A stretch of 64,000 bases of DNA from an uncultured Nitrospiraceae bacterium (GTDB lineage: Bacteria; Nitrospirota; Thermodesulfovibrionia; Thermodesulfovibrionales; UBA6898). A program made the position numbers and the translations under genes. Position 1 is the first letter of the stretch. Each line of letters begins with the position of its first letter. Where the stretch lies: contig CAWEQH010000004.1 in assembly GCA_963811165.1 (NCBI GenBank), positions 352,001 through 416,000 of the forward strand. Direction: 5' to 3'. This document shows positions 10,935-21,324 of the stretch, in pieces. The notes under the pieces were generated by a model. It worked only from the letters and a program-made list of their open reading frames with translations. It was not told the origin of the DNA and did no database searches.

Positions 10935-13490
10935 ATGAATCTGTTCCGGACATTGGAACGCGTAAAAACCTGGCATTTCTTTCTTGCCGCGGTACTATTT
11001 TCAGAATTCTTTACCTTCCTTCTTAATTCACTTCAGAGTATCTTTCGATGGGGCATGGTTTCAAGGGAACTCGTCGAGATCGGCGCCATTGACGCCGTCT
11101 TCGTGTCCATCATGGTAACTTGTATCCTGGTCCCTCTCCTTAGATACTCGACAAAGATCGTGCTTGAAAGAGAAGTGCTGCAAAAAGAGATCGCTGAGCG
11201 TAAGCAGAGGGAATTGGCACTGAGGGAAAGCGAGGAGTCCTATCGGGTGCTGTTTAATCAGGACCCCCTGCCCGGGTGGGTATACGACGCGCAGACCTAC
11301 AGATTTCTCCTCGTCAACAATGCAGCCCTGAAACATTACGGCTATACTTCGGAAGAATTTCTTTCGATGACCATCAAGGACATTCGACCGTCAGAGGAAA
11401 TCGACAGACTCTTGAAATTCTCATCCGAAATCAGGGACCTCCCGGCTGCTTCCCGTTTTTGGCGGCACAGGAAGAAGGACGGGACCCTGATCGATGTCGA
11501 GATCAGCTCGCACCCCATATTGTTTGACGGAAAGAAGGCACGGCGCGTCATAGTCCATGACGTCACCGAGCGCAAGAGGCTGCAAAACGAGGTGTCGCTG
11601 CGGGAGCAGCGGCTGAATTCATTTTTCAAGGGTGCAACGGCGGGGCTGGCGCTATTTGACAGGGACTTGAGGTTTATACGGATCAACGATACGCTGGCCG
11701 GGATGAACGGGTTCCCTGCCGAAGAACATATCGGCAGGACGGTCCGTGAAATCCTGCCGGAGCTTGCCCCGGTAATCGAGCCGATATTTCAGCGGGTGCT
11801 TAGCACCGGTGAACCGGTCCTTGACATGGAAGTGGCCGGTGAAACGCCGAGCAATCCGGGCGTCCAGCGACATTGGCTGGAGTCATTCTTTCCGGTTGTT
11901 GACGCGGGCGGGGCCCTGGACGGCGTCGGGACGATCGTTGTCGAAATTACGAGGCATAAGCGTGCGGAAGAGGCGCTGCTGGAGAGCGAGCGCAGGTATA
12001 AGAGCCTCATTGAAACGACCGTAGACGGCATATATAGGAGCGATGCCGACGGCTTTTTCCGGTTTATAAACCAGGCGGGCGCCGAGATGTTCGGCCACAA
12101 GTCTCCGGCGGAAATGATCGGCAAGACAGTGCTGGAGTATTGGGTCGATCCTAAAGATAGAGTTTCGTTTCTTGACGAGTTGAAACGCGAAAAGAGACTG
12201 AGGGCCTACGCCGTCAGGGGGAGAAAAAAGGACGGTTCTGTTATACATCTGGAGATATCGAGTCATGTCCTTGAGGATGGACAGGGCCGTTTTATGGGGG
12301 TGGAAGGGATACTGCGCGATGTGACCGAAAAAACGAATCTCGAGGCCCAGCTCCGTCATGCCCAGAAGATGGAGGCCGTCGGGCAACTGGCCGGCGGCGT
12401 AGCGCATGATTTCAATAACATCCTTTCGGCCATAATCGGTTTCAGCGCCCTCGGGGAGATGAAGCTTCCCCACGACCATCCGGTCAGGCACTATATGCAG
12501 CAAATACTTCAGTCCTCAGAGCGCGCGGCGGCCCTGACCCAGAGTCTGCTCGCCTTCAGCAGGAAGCAACCGCTCAGGTTGGAGCTTTTGGGGATCAACG
12601 AGGTAATCGGCAGATTCGAGAAATTCCTCATCAGGCTGCTGCGGGAGGATATCGAGCTGGTCATACACCATGCAGACGAGGAGCTGACAGTCTTGGTCGA
12701 CCGGGGGCAGATCGAGCAGGTGGTCATGAACCTCGTGACGAATGCTCGGGATGCCATGCCGAACAAGGGCAGACTGAGTATAGCGACCATGCACGTTGTC
12801 CTCGGTGAGGACTTTGTGAAGGTGCACGGCTATGGGCGGACGGGCGATTTCGCGGTAATATCGGTGACGGATTCCGGCGTCGGCATGGACGAGAAGACGC
12901 GCCGGAAGATCTTCGAGCCCTTTTTTACTACGAAGGAGGTCGGGAAAGGGACGGGTCTTGGGCTGGCGACCGTGTACGGCATCGTCAAATCGCATGACGG
13001 TTTTATCAACGTATACTCGGAGCCGGGCAGGGGGACCAGCTTCAAGGTCTATCTGCCGGTCGCTCATTCTGCCGAGGGCGTGAAGGCGCCGGCGGTGCGG
13101 CGGCCGAAGGAGCTTCAGGGGGGTACCGAGACTATCCTGCTAGCGGAGGATGATGCGGCCCTTCTCACCATGACCTCAATTGTTCTTAGAGAAATGGGCT
13201 ATACCGTGATCGGGGCAGCCGACGGAAATGAAGCGGTCAATAAATTCATCGAGCACCAGGACTCCATCAGGCTGGTCATCCTCGACGGCATCATGCCAGG
13301 CAAGAATGGAAAAGAGGTCTACAATGAAGTCACGGCCTTATGTCCTGATACGCGCTGTCTTTTCATAAGCGGGTATGCCGAAGACATTTTCACGAAGGAC
13401 GGGATACAGCAGGATGAAGTTACTTTCCTGACAAAGCCTATCACACCGTCGGTGCTTCTGAAAAAAGTCCGCGAGGTGCTGGATAGGTGA
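10935..13490 (+). CDS. Membrane hybrid histidine kinase (2 TM, 3 PAS, HisKA, HATPase, REC)
   Basis: AHDFNN H-box, GTGLGL, C-terminal receiver ILLAEDD...LDGIMP. Confidence 0.93.
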   Translation: MNLFRTLERVKTWHFFLAAVLFSEFFTFLLNSLQSIFRWGMVSRELVEIGAIDAVFVSIMVTCILVPLLRYSTKIVLEREVLQKEIAERKQRELALRESEESYRVLFNQDPLPGWVYDAQTYRFLLVNNAALKHYGYTSEEFLSMTIKDIRPSEEIDRLLKFSSEIRDLPAASRFWRHRKKDGTLIDVEISSHPILFDGKKARRVIVHDVTERKRLQNEVSLREQRLNSFFKGATAGLALFDRDLRFIRINDTLAGMNGFPAEEHIGRTVREILPELAPVIEPIFQRVLSTGEPVLDMEVAGETPSNPGVQRHWLESFFPVVDAGGALDGVGTIVVEITRHKRAEEALLESERRYKSLIETTVDGIYRSDADGFFRFINQAGAEMFGHKSPAEMIGKTVLEYWVDPKDRVSFLDELKREKRLRAYAVRGRKKDGSVIHLEISSHVLEDGQGRFMGVEGILRDVTEKTNLEAQLRHAQKMEAVGQLAGGVAHDFNNILSAIIGFSALGEMKLPHDHPVRHYMQQILQSSERAAALTQSLLAFSRKQPLRLELLGINEVIGRFEKFLIRLLREDIELVIHHADEELTVLVDRGQIEQVVMNLVTNARDAMPNKGRLSIATMHVVLGEDFVKVHGYGRTGDFAVISVTDSGVGMDEKTRRKIFEPFFTTKEVGKGTGLGLATVYGIVKSHDGFINVYSEPGRGTSFKVYLPVAHSAEGVKAPAVRRPKELQGGTETILLAEDDAALLTMTSIVLREMGYTVIGAADGNEAVNKFIEHQDSIRLVILDGIMPGKNGKEVYNEVTALCPDTRCLFISGYAEDIFTKDGIQQDEVTFLTKPITPSVLLKKVREVLDR

Positions 13491-13610
13491 GCCCCAGGGG
13501 CGGCCTGCCTGAGTAAGGCACAGGGACGTTGCTTTCGAAGCGATGACGGATGAGGAACAGCACTCTGCAATAGGTCAGATACGTTTCTTATTTCCTGAGG
13601 GTTTCTCCAT

Positions 13611-14261
13611 TTACCGCCCCTTCTTGCCGCGGCCCCGTAGTCGTTTCTGCAGTTCCTCAACCCTCTCTCTGGCTTCTCTCTCTTTTTCATCCGCGGGTTC
13701 GGTCCAGGGCTGGGTTACCCGCCAGGTTATCGCGCCATTTAAAGGCGGTTCAGGGTAGGGTCCGATATTTTTTTCCTGACAGCAGGCAAGGACGGCATTC
13801 TTCAGCAGTGCCGGGTCTCCCTGGTATTGGAGGTCGATTAAGGTAATCTGTTTCCGGAAACGGTTAATGTATTCCACGGGCAAGTTCAACAATAGCGGAA
13901 CAGGGGCGTTTGTCCCTAAAATACGTCTGCGGTCATCGAGTCCGTTAAGAAGAAAGGCCTTCAGTGCTTCTCCTGTCAGGTGGCCTTCCGATTCCGGTCC
14001 CCCGATAACCAGGTAGCGGATGTTGGGGTTCGACACGACATTGCAGACTATTTTCTCTATTCCGATATTTTCAGTCTGCACCATTCCTGAAAGGGCGGCC
14101 CCACCATCTATTCCGTTCTGAACGAGTTCCTGAAGTTCATGGGGTATCTTATAGTCCGGGGCATTTAGGATAATAGCTACGGCAACGGGAGAAAAGTCAT
14201 TGCCACGCATGTAACGGCCTTCCTCGGGAGGATACCCCGAAGACGGATTAACTTTTAGCAT
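13611..14261 (-). CDS. Tetrahydromethanopterin S-methyltransferase subunit A (MtrA)-like corrinoid protein
   Basis: GxxQTENIGIEKIVCNVVSNPNIRYL and ESEGHLTGEAL match MtrA, including the cobalt-ligand His; no C-terminal TM anchor. Confidence 0.82.
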   Translation of the reverse strand: MLKVNPSSGYPPEEGRYMRGNDFSPVAVAIILNAPDYKIPHELQELVQNGIDGGAALSGMVQTENIGIEKIVCNVVSNPNIRYLVIGGPESEGHLTGEALKAFLLNGLDDRRRILGTNAPVPLLLNLPVEYINRFRKQITLIDLQYQGDPALLKNAVLACCQEKNIGPYPEPPLNGAITWRVTQPWTEPADEKEREARERVEELQKRLRGRGKKGR

Positions 14262-14276
14262 TACATCCCCTTACTC

Positions 14277-14292
14277 GCATTTAGTATGCCAA
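14277..14292 (-). promoter_or_regulatory. Sigma54 promoter of mtrA-like gene
   Basis: TTGGCATACTAAATGC (-24 GG / -12 GC with correct spacing); unusually close to the annotated ATG. Confidence 0.55.
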
Positions 14293-14456
14293 AGCCGGAC
14301 CTCGCTTCAATGATACTATCTTATGTCAAAATGTCCTGCTTTAAGGCTACCATATCTCCGGGGCGTGTCAAATGCTGTTATAATCTGCATATGGCGTGGT
14401 GCGAAACCGCGATATTTCTGTGATTTATTATGACGAGAAAAGGAAGGGGGAGAGCA

Positions 14457-14792
14457 ATGAAGACTCGTTTGAAAGTGACTATTAGTTGCATGATGTGCAT
14501 GGGTGCTTTTTTATGGTGTCTTGGCCCAGCCTCGGCGGGGCGGGCGGACTGGAAGGTCCTCCAGCAGAGTTCATATGGTGACACATTGTCTTATGATGCC
14601 GCGAGCGTAAAACATACCGAGAGTGATACGATAACGGTTTTGACCAGAACTCAAAGCAGCGAGTATCTCTACGAAATAGATTGCAAAAATAAAAAAGCAC
14701 GCCTTCTTGAGGAAGCCGTCGCCGCCGGATCAGGGTGGTTCAATATTACGGGCGGCGGAGACGAATTACTTTACAAAGCGGTCTGTCCCTGA
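14457..14792 (+). CDS. Exported small protein, surface-adhesin E-like
   Basis: Signal peptide; W...YD..SV, EIDCK, W..I, VC pattern; similar to the IS-disrupted gene at 35584..37181. Confidence 0.65.
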   Translation: MKTRLKVTISCMMCMGAFLWCLGPASAGRADWKVLQQSSYGDTLSYDAASVKHTESDTITVLTRTQSSEYLYEIDCKNKKARLLEEAVAAGSGWFNITGGGDELLYKAVCP

Positions 14793-15282
14793 ATTTTCGA
14801 TGCCGAATGGTCGTTAAAATAATTTGCTCCACCTGATTACCAACAGATCTTTCCAGACGCAACTATTGAAGATTCTATCCCGAAATATGCGCCTCGTGAT
14901 CGCCGCGAAGATTCCTATGGTTTATCAATCTGAGCCCGTAGCGAGATGGCAGGCAGTGTTGCTTATTTGCGGTATTTAACGGACAATGAGCTAATTCCTC
15001 AGAAAGAAAGATTTGCCCGCAAGCACGCACAGCCTCCAAGATTCAGAAGAGAAGGTCTTGCGATCCGGGATTCACCGACTAACTGACACAAGGAGTGAAG
15101 CGAGGCACTCACAATTTTCAAAAAAACTCCTCACACCCGAGAAAAGATCATCGCATCCCAGTTCATCCAGGACTCTGCATGTCTCGGGGTTTGCCCGGCA
15201 ACTGAATGCAGTTGCGGCAAAGCCGCCTTTTGATATAATTATTATAAATAATTCAAATTCACGAGGGAGGAGGACGTTACAA

Positions 15283-16092
15283 ATGTCACTTATCACAATT
15301 TCCAGAGGCTCCTATACTCGAGGAAAAGAAGTAGCCGAAAAGGTTGCCAGGAAACTCGGATATGAATGTGTTGCGAGGGAGACCGTTGTTGAAGCTTCAA
15401 GGGAATTCAATATTCCTGAATTCAAGCTCATAAAAGCACTGCACGATGCTCCTTCAATTCTGGACAGATTCTCTTACGGGAAAGAAAAATTCGTCGCATA
15501 CTGTCAATTGGCTTTTCTAGAACATTTGCAGAGAGACAATGTCGTTTATCACGGTCTTGCTGGACATTTTCTGCTTAGGGGCATTTCTCATGTGCTCAAG
15601 GTCCGAATCATTGCAGACATGAAGGATCGTATAAAGCTGGAAATGGAACGGGAGAGGATTTCTGAAAGGGAGGCAGCTCGAACTCTGAAAAATGACGATG
15701 AAGCAAGACAGAAGTGGAGCCTGTACGTGTATGGGGTTGACACCAAGGACTCCAGTCTTTATGATCTCGTGATTCATATAAGAAAGATAACTGTTGATGA
15801 GGCGGCAGATATCATATGTGACACTGTCAAGTTTGATCACTTTAAGGCTACTAAGGAATCCAAAGACGCCTTTGAAGACTTACTGCTTACCGCTAGGGTA
15901 AAGGTGGCTCTCTTAGACCAAGCTCCCGCAGCCCAGGTTTATGCCAGGAGCGGCGTTGTCCAAATCAAGACAAGCGCCCCGGACTATCAGGAGGACAAGC
16001 TTGTAAAAAAATTGGAACTCATTGCCAAGGCAGTACCAGGAGTCAAGGATGCCAAGGTCTTTGTGGTGCCTATAGTCCCGTTTGCCGACTGA
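15283..16092 (+). CDS. Cytidylate kinase-like family protein with C-terminal BON-like domain
   Basis: ITISRGSYTRGKEVA, HVLKVRIIA, YDLVI; start moved to the ATG after GGAGGAGG. Confidence 0.85.
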   Translation: MSLITISRGSYTRGKEVAEKVARKLGYECVARETVVEASREFNIPEFKLIKALHDAPSILDRFSYGKEKFVAYCQLAFLEHLQRDNVVYHGLAGHFLLRGISHVLKVRIIADMKDRIKLEMERERISEREAARTLKNDDEARQKWSLYVYGVDTKDSSLYDLVIHIRKITVDEAADIICDTVKFDHFKATKESKDAFEDLLLTARVKVALLDQAPAAQVYARSGVVQIKTSAPDYQEDKLVKKLELIAKAVPGVKDAKVFVVPIVPFAD

Positions 16093-16481
16093 TACGTGAG
16101 CAATAAGGATTTGACTAAGAAATGCTCAAAAAGCCTTTTATTAGGCGTGCGACATATTCTTCTCCAGTTGGATTCCCGCCGTCCATTTATTTCCAGGAGA
16201 GAGTTTGCGTCTGTGGGAGAAACGCTACAGTGTGGTTTTCAGGAAGGATTGTTGCGCCAGCGACTCTATTTTATTCAGATGCTATATTCTTCCCGCACTC
16301 TGCATGGCTATTTTGTGGCCTCCGACGAAGAAACACTTTTCTAAAATCGAGAGACTCACAAACACCAAAAGAATTCCGCGCATCCAGGTAAAATCACGGC
16401 CGCGACCTTCATCCAGGAAGGCGCCTCTGTGAGCTTTCAAGAAATTTGCGGAGCAGCTGACGGCCTTGCATCCGATAGTCA

Positions 16482-16675
16482 CTAAAAAAAGTCCTCCATC
16501 CGGTATTTAAGGACCTTAGCGATATCATATAGCGTTGACGCTTTCGCATCGCCTTTGTTTCGCTCGAAGCGGTTGATGGTACTAACTGACATTTTCACCG
16601 CCTTTGCAAGATTTTCCTGTGTGATCCCAAGGCAAGACGCTGCGTCCTGATCCGCTTGCCTTTCAGTTTTGCCAT
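16482..16675 (-). pseudogene. XRE-family HTH regulator with 1-nt deletion
   Basis: MAKLKGKRIRTQRLALG / ITQENLAKAVKMSVSTINRFERNKGDAKASTLYDIAKVL..EDFF*; 194 nt, frameshift near 16625. Confidence 0.75.
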
Positions 16676-16939
16676 GTGGGTCAAATGCGGGATTTCGAGG
16701 AAGATTTTTCTTTCGCGAGAGCAGCGGGTTTGATCGCCCGTTATAGTGAGGAAACAGTAACTTAGCCGTATTATGTGAGGCTGCCTGGGATAATTATCGG
16801 ACTTCCCACCGCAATATTACCTTTTTTCCTAAGAACACATCACCTTGTCGAGTACGATGTTCTTCCAATTGTACGAAAACCCTGAGGGGAGTAACCTAGA
16901 ATCAGAACAAGGGAAAAAAGAGAAAAGGAGGACAAGAAA

Positions 16940-17320
16940 ATGTTAAAACACAATGCGGGTAACAAGGTCGGAAAAGGAACATACTGGAACTTCTCTACTG
17001 GTGAACGGATCGACATCAGCGCCGAAGGCGTACTTCCCGGCGGAAAGAAGGACGTATATTACAGGCTCCCGGCAACCGGAATCTTGGTCGCGGCGCCGGT
17101 ACTGGGGTTGCTCTATGCAGCTTTTCTGCCTTTCATCGGGATTGCGATGCTCGTGAAGGTGGTCCTCAGGAAGGTGGCTTCTACAGTGACGGCGCCAACT
17201 CAGAGGGCGGCATCATTTGGCTGGAGACCGAGCGAATCCTATCTCGCCGGCAAGAAGAAGGGTTCAGAAGCGGCAAAGAAGGACGAAGGCGGGGAGAGCC
17301 CCGGGAACAAAGAAGACTGA
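16940..17320 (+). CDS. Hypothetical membrane protein
   Basis: RBS AAGGAGG, hydrophobic core, followed by a terminator. Confidence 0.8.
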   Translation: MLKHNAGNKVGKGTYWNFSTGERIDISAEGVLPGGKKDVYYRLPATGILVAAPVLGLLYAAFLPFIGIAMLVKVVLRKVASTVTAPTQRAASFGWRPSESYLAGKKKGSEAAKKDEGGESPGNKED

Positions 17321-17339
17321 TATCTCCTGCCATGAGGAG

Positions 17340-17367
17340 AAAAAGGCCCCTTTTTGGGGCCTTTTTT
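17340..17367 (+). terminator. Intrinsic, probably bidirectional terminator
   Basis: AAAAAGGCCCC-TTTTT-GGGGCCTTTTTT. Confidence 0.85.
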
Positions 17368-17586
17368 GTTTTTCCACCTTTTCCCCTGCCAAAGCGAAAT
17401 TCGGAATAATTCTGAAGGTTACAGTTGCATTGCAAGGATGCCATAGGGTTTTTAAAAGAAGTGGCGTCTGAGAAGACTTCCCGCCTTCCTTTATCCAACC
17501 CAGCTTTTTTTTGCACAAGCGCGAAAGGATTTGCGGGAATGCATTGGGATTGGAGTGAGGAATCATTTAGAATCGGCGAGTTAGTA

Positions 17587-17603
17587 TTGGCATGGGGAAT
17601 GCA
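17587..17603 (+). promoter_or_regulatory. Sigma54 promoter
   Basis: TTGGCATGGGGAATGCA upstream of the Gly-rich membrane gene pair. Confidence 0.65.
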
Positions 17604-17641
17604 CTATATATTTGCAAGAACATAAGAAGGAGGACGGGAAG

Positions 17642-17959
17642 ATGAAAGACAAAGGATACGCAAAGAAACTGGCATACATGGGAGCAGGGTGCGGAGTAGT
17701 GCTGTTTGGAGTATTTGGGTTGCTTCCCGGGTCATTCCTTGGCGGGGTGATGGGACTTAATATCGCAGGGAAGCTGCTTGGAGTGCCTTTGGCCTCGGGT
17801 ATCCTTTCGAGGCTGATAGTTGCGGCATCGATGGTAATAGGGGTGATGGTCTCTGGGATCATGTTCATCACCGCCAGTTCGATTGCGGGCTGGCTTATAG
17901 GGACGGTGCTGGATGCGATCACGGCAGAGAAGAAAGAAATGGCCGACAGTAGGGCATAA
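17642..17959 (+). CDS. Gly-rich small membrane protein A
   Basis: GLLPGSFLGGVMG; RBS AAGGAGG; paralog at 63728..64000. Confidence 0.8.
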   Translation: MKDKGYAKKLAYMGAGCGVVLFGVFGLLPGSFLGGVMGLNIAGKLLGVPLASGILSRLIVAASMVIGVMVSGIMFITASSIAGWLIGTVLDAITAEKKEMADSRA

Positions 17960-18003
17960 ATAATTATTGTCGGATAACAAATAAAAACCAAGGAGGAAGT
18001 GTC

Positions 18004-18339
18004 ATGAAAGAGGAAAGAAAAAGGACGATGAAGGTAGGGACGAAGATCGGGGCGGCGTTGGGTGCGATAGTATTTCTGGTATTTGGGATAGTGCCGGGGT
18101 TTTATTTCGGCAGTTACGGGGCGCTGGTATTGATGAGCAGGCTTGCAGGCGGACCGGTAGAGCCCACGACAATCGTAAGAATGATCACCGTGGTGGGCGT
18201 TGCCCTGGGCATCTTCTGCGGCGCAGCTGCCAGCATCGTGCTGGGTTCGGTATTCGGCACCTCCCTGGCTTGGGCTGTCGATGTGATCGGCAGTCTCGGC
18301 AAGGTCAAAGAGACCGAGGAAGTGAAGGCACACAATTAG
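18004..18339 (+). CDS. Gly-rich small membrane protein B
   Basis: FGIVPGFYFGSYG; RBS AAGGAGG; degenerate copy at 63362..63693. Confidence 0.8.
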   Translation: MKEERKRTMKVGTKIGAALGAIVFLVFGIVPGFYFGSYGALVLMSRLAGGPVEPTTIVRMITVVGVALGIFCGAAASIVLGSVFGTSLAWAVDVIGSLGKVKETEEVKAHN

Positions 18340-18358
18340 TGGCCTAGAGACTATTGCC

Positions 18359-19429
18359 ATGTGTGACGTGTCGCAAAGGGAATTGGACACATTACGAAAA
18401 CATTCATTAATGCTCTTTGCGTTGCTGAATGAATCGACCGACTCTATATATTTCAAGGACCGTCAGTGCCGCTTCGTTATGGTGAGTAGTAGTAAAGCAG
18501 AACATCTCGGCCTTCCTTTTGATCAGGCTACGGGAAAGACAGATCATGATTTTCTCCCCCATGACGAAGCTCAGCAGGCATTCGAAAATGATACGAAGGT
18601 TATCACTACAGGGCAACCGATCGAACTTGAAGAATGTATTACACGCCCGGACGGAAGCTATACATGGAATTCGGTCAAGAAGTGCCCTTGGCGCGACGCT
18701 GACGGGCAGATTATTGGCATGTTTGGTATCACAAGGGATATCCATGCAAGGAAGACCTACGAGCAGCATATACTTGATATGCTTAGCATTGCGACGCACG
18801 ATATCCGAGATCCACTGGCAGCGATGGGCATGACCATAAAGCTGCTCGCGCGCGGATCATTCGGTCTCATCGACGATAGCATCAAAGCAACGCTCGAAGA
18901 TCTGTATGCACGGGCACAGCGTTTGGAGCGTATTGTCACCGACTATTTGTGTAAGACATCGGTGCAAAATGCTCATATACCGAGCAAGGAAACCATTGAT
19001 TTGCGTGAAGACGTGATTGATCCTGTTCTTAACGAGCTTGCAGATTTGATTGAGGAGAATAATATTACGATTGATAACCGTCTCAAGTCGATACCAGGCT
19101 ATTCGGTGTTAATCAAAGCCAACCGTGTCTGGCTGATGATCGTTTATCGCGCACTCATTAACAATGCGATAAAATACGGTGGAATGGGATGCACAATCTC
19201 CTTTGGCCGGGAAGACCATGGAGACGAATATGTCCTTAACGTCTGGGACAGCGGGCTCGGAATACCTGAAGAATATAAAGAGAAGTTATTCACGAAATTC
19301 GAGAGCACGAGAAGTACTGGTTTGGGGTTGCCGATTAGCCGTGATCTTATCTCAAAACTTGGCGGGAAACTTTGGTACGAACAAACTGCCGGGGGCCATC
19401 CCAATTTTAAGTTCTCACTTCCAAAATAG
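18359..19429 (+). CDS. PAS-domain sensor histidine kinase
   Basis: IYFKD..GKTD.D PAS, THDIRDPL H-box, NNAIKY, DSGLGI, GLGL. Confidence 0.88.
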   Translation: MCDVSQRELDTLRKHSLMLFALLNESTDSIYFKDRQCRFVMVSSSKAEHLGLPFDQATGKTDHDFLPHDEAQQAFENDTKVITTGQPIELEECITRPDGSYTWNSVKKCPWRDADGQIIGMFGITRDIHARKTYEQHILDMLSIATHDIRDPLAAMGMTIKLLARGSFGLIDDSIKATLEDLYARAQRLERIVTDYLCKTSVQNAHIPSKETIDLREDVIDPVLNELADLIEENNITIDNRLKSIPGYSVLIKANRVWLMIVYRALINNAIKYGGMGCTISFGREDHGDEYVLNVWDSGLGIPEEYKEKLFTKFESTRSTGLGLPISRDLISKLGGKLWYEQTAGGHPNFKFSLPK

Positions 19430-19513
19430 AGAAAATGGACAAGTGAGAGCCTCATTCAGGAGCTGATCATCATGACTGGAACCGAGACAGTGTATGGCGG
19501 GGAAGATTGAAAA

Positions 19514-19837
19514 ATGGCTTATTTACACGAGAAGACGTCGAGTGCCTCTGATGGCAATTCTGCCATTCGTAGTTCTCTGTCCTTCTTGACAGAGGTTATA
19601 GGGTGTCAGGAAGGAATCACTAGTTCTACCGACCCTGAGAGGATGACGCTTATGAAATATCCGATGGCGAAAGGGTACCATTCTATTTATATCAACGTGC
19701 GCTGCAATTATTTCCAAAAGAATCCCACACCAATGTCAAAGATCCGACGACGTCGAGTACAGGAAGAAGCCAAAAAACTAATCGAAACCTGCGGAGCAAG
19801 ACATCACTCCTTATGGCCAGAAGAGTACGAGGCGTAA
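19514..19837 (+). CDS. Hypothetical protein
   Basis: 107-aa ORF filling the gap; no recognised motif. Confidence 0.35.
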   Translation: MAYLHEKTSSASDGNSAIRSSLSFLTEVIGCQEGITSSTDPERMTLMKYPMAKGYHSIYINVRCNYFQKNPTPMSKIRRRRVQEEAKKLIETCGARHHSLWPEEYEA

Positions 19838-19846
19838 CACGATATT

Positions 19847-20062
19847 CTAGAAGTCGTCCATGTACTCCCACATCTCGTTCTGATGCAACCAGATAGGGTC
19901 CGCATTCCTCCGGATGAACTCATCCACATCCATGCCGTCAATGGTTGGCGGTCGCTTGACGCGTTTCTGCTTTCCATTGATGAAGATGGTCATATATTCT
20001 TTCCGTCTCCGCCGTTTTTCAGCTTTCTCGGCAGCGGTCAGTTGTCGCTTTTGTTTTCCCAT
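19847..20062 (-). CDS. Small hypothetical protein
   Basis: Basic N-terminus, DEFIRRNADPIWLHQNEMWE; protein-like composition. Confidence 0.7.
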   Translation of the reverse strand: MGKQKRQLTAAEKAEKRRRRKEYMTIFINGKQKRVKRPPTIDGMDVDEFIRRNADPIWLHQNEMWEYMDDF

Positions 20063-20094
20063 AACAACGAAGAAAGAGGCACCTATAATCTCCT

Positions 20095-20277
20095 CTATTT
20101 CGGGATATAGGCATTCAATCCGATCGTAAGAGGTTTTCCATTTACTGTCAGAGCGGTTTTCATATTGCCCCTGGTGCTGGCGACCACAAGAGTTTTCCCT
20201 GATGAACTCGGCACAGGCTCTTCAAGATCGCAGGTAATAATGAGCTTGCTCCCTTCGATTTTTGCTTCAATTGCCAT
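20095..20277 (-). CDS. Small conserved hypothetical protein
   Basis: RBS AGGAGG; PSSSGKTLVVASTRGN...IGLNAY. Confidence 0.75.
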   Translation of the reverse strand: MAIEAKIEGSKLIITCDLEEPVPSSSGKTLVVASTRGNMKTALTVNGKPLTIGLNAYIPK

Positions 20278-20342
20278 GATGTTTTACCTCCTGAGGATAA
20301 TATTTGCTTGTCCGCGTCAACGGGGATTCCGGCCAGGAGGTC

Positions 20343-20775
20343 TTAAGTCCCTGACCTGAAGCCCCTCCTCATCATGCGTCCTTTCCAAAGAGGCATGCCG
20401 GAAGAATCCCTGAACGGCGTGATCTTCCCAGTCGAGAGATTTTTGAGACGGCTCGCGACGATATAGATATTTCCATCACGGGCGATATATTTCGACCCCG
20501 TTACTTCGTAGGATATTCCGGACCTGAACTCAATGCCTTCCCTGTCGATGTACCACGGCGGTGCGGTGACGACTCTATAATCCTTGACTCCGGACTTGAA
20601 GAATGACAATCACCGGACCTCTCAATTCCCTCGTAACTTCCCTAAACGTCCCTTTTATCGTTACCTCGGTATTTTCGTCGTACCCTTCTCCGCCCTCGCT
20701 TTCCGCATACGCGGCAGAAAAGAGAAAAACTATTAAAAAAGAAGCCAGCAAACCTCTCATCGTGTAATTCTTCAT
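20343..20775 (-). pseudogene. Exported OB-fold-like protein (YD..TE.T..G / PPWY / RDxxGxPLW), frameshifted
   Basis: Signal peptide and N-half in ORF 20575..20934, C-half in ORF 20343..20609; 433 nt total (3n+1). Confidence 0.7.
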
Positions 20776-20879
20776 GCTATCTCTAATAATACCTGATTTT
20801 AATCCTCCGTTTTGTTTTTTAACGCAGATGCGGCGAGGACACATTGCATGTACGCTCTGTGTCCTCCTTTTGTTTCCTG

Positions 20880-21278
20880 CTAAAACCCGCCCATTCTGCC
20901 CATGCGTCCGAAGCCATATCCGCAAGCACCGCATCCGCCGCCAAAGCCGCTTTCAGTTCTCCTTTTCTGTATCTCGGTCCTTACGTCAACCATCTCCTTC
21001 TGTTTGGCTGAAATAGCCTCCCAGTCCGTGGGCGTCTGTGCCCGCAGCGTCATCAGTTCCGCCCTGCGTTGAAGCATCTGCTGCTTCAGCGGCAGGATGT
21101 CGGTTTGAAACTTGCCGAACTCCTGGGACTGTTCAGGCGTAAAGGTACCTGTCGCCCCTGGGCATATCCCGTAACCCGCGCCCATTCCCCGGCCATAGCC
21201 AGGGCCGAAAGCAAAGGCTGCAGTGACGACTACCGCCACCATGGCGACTACTACACCAGCAATAAGACCTTTTTTCAT
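20880..21278 (-). CDS. Periplasmic Spy/CpxP/ZraP-family protein
   Basis: Signal peptide, Gly-rich GYGRGMG ends, TPEQ motif, helical core; next to a ZraSR-like system. Confidence 0.8.
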   Translation of the reverse strand: MKKGLIAGVVVAMVAVVVTAAFAFGPGYGRGMGAGYGICPGATGTFTPEQSQEFGKFQTDILPLKQQMLQRRAELMTLRAQTPTDWEAISAKQKEMVDVRTEIQKRRTESGFGGGCGACGYGFGRMGRMGGF

Positions 21279-21324
21279 GTTGATCACCCCTTTCTGTGGT
21301 CAATTTCATCCTGACCTTAGTAAG

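Noticed and set aside
14855..14965. Possible riboswitch upstream of the cytidylate kinase-like gene
   Set aside because: Only a weak closing stem (GCAAC/GTTGC); no recognisable aptamer consensus
15013..15282. 90-aa N-terminal extension of the cytidylate kinase-like ORF
   Set aside because: A strong RBS and the family start at 15283 indicate the real start
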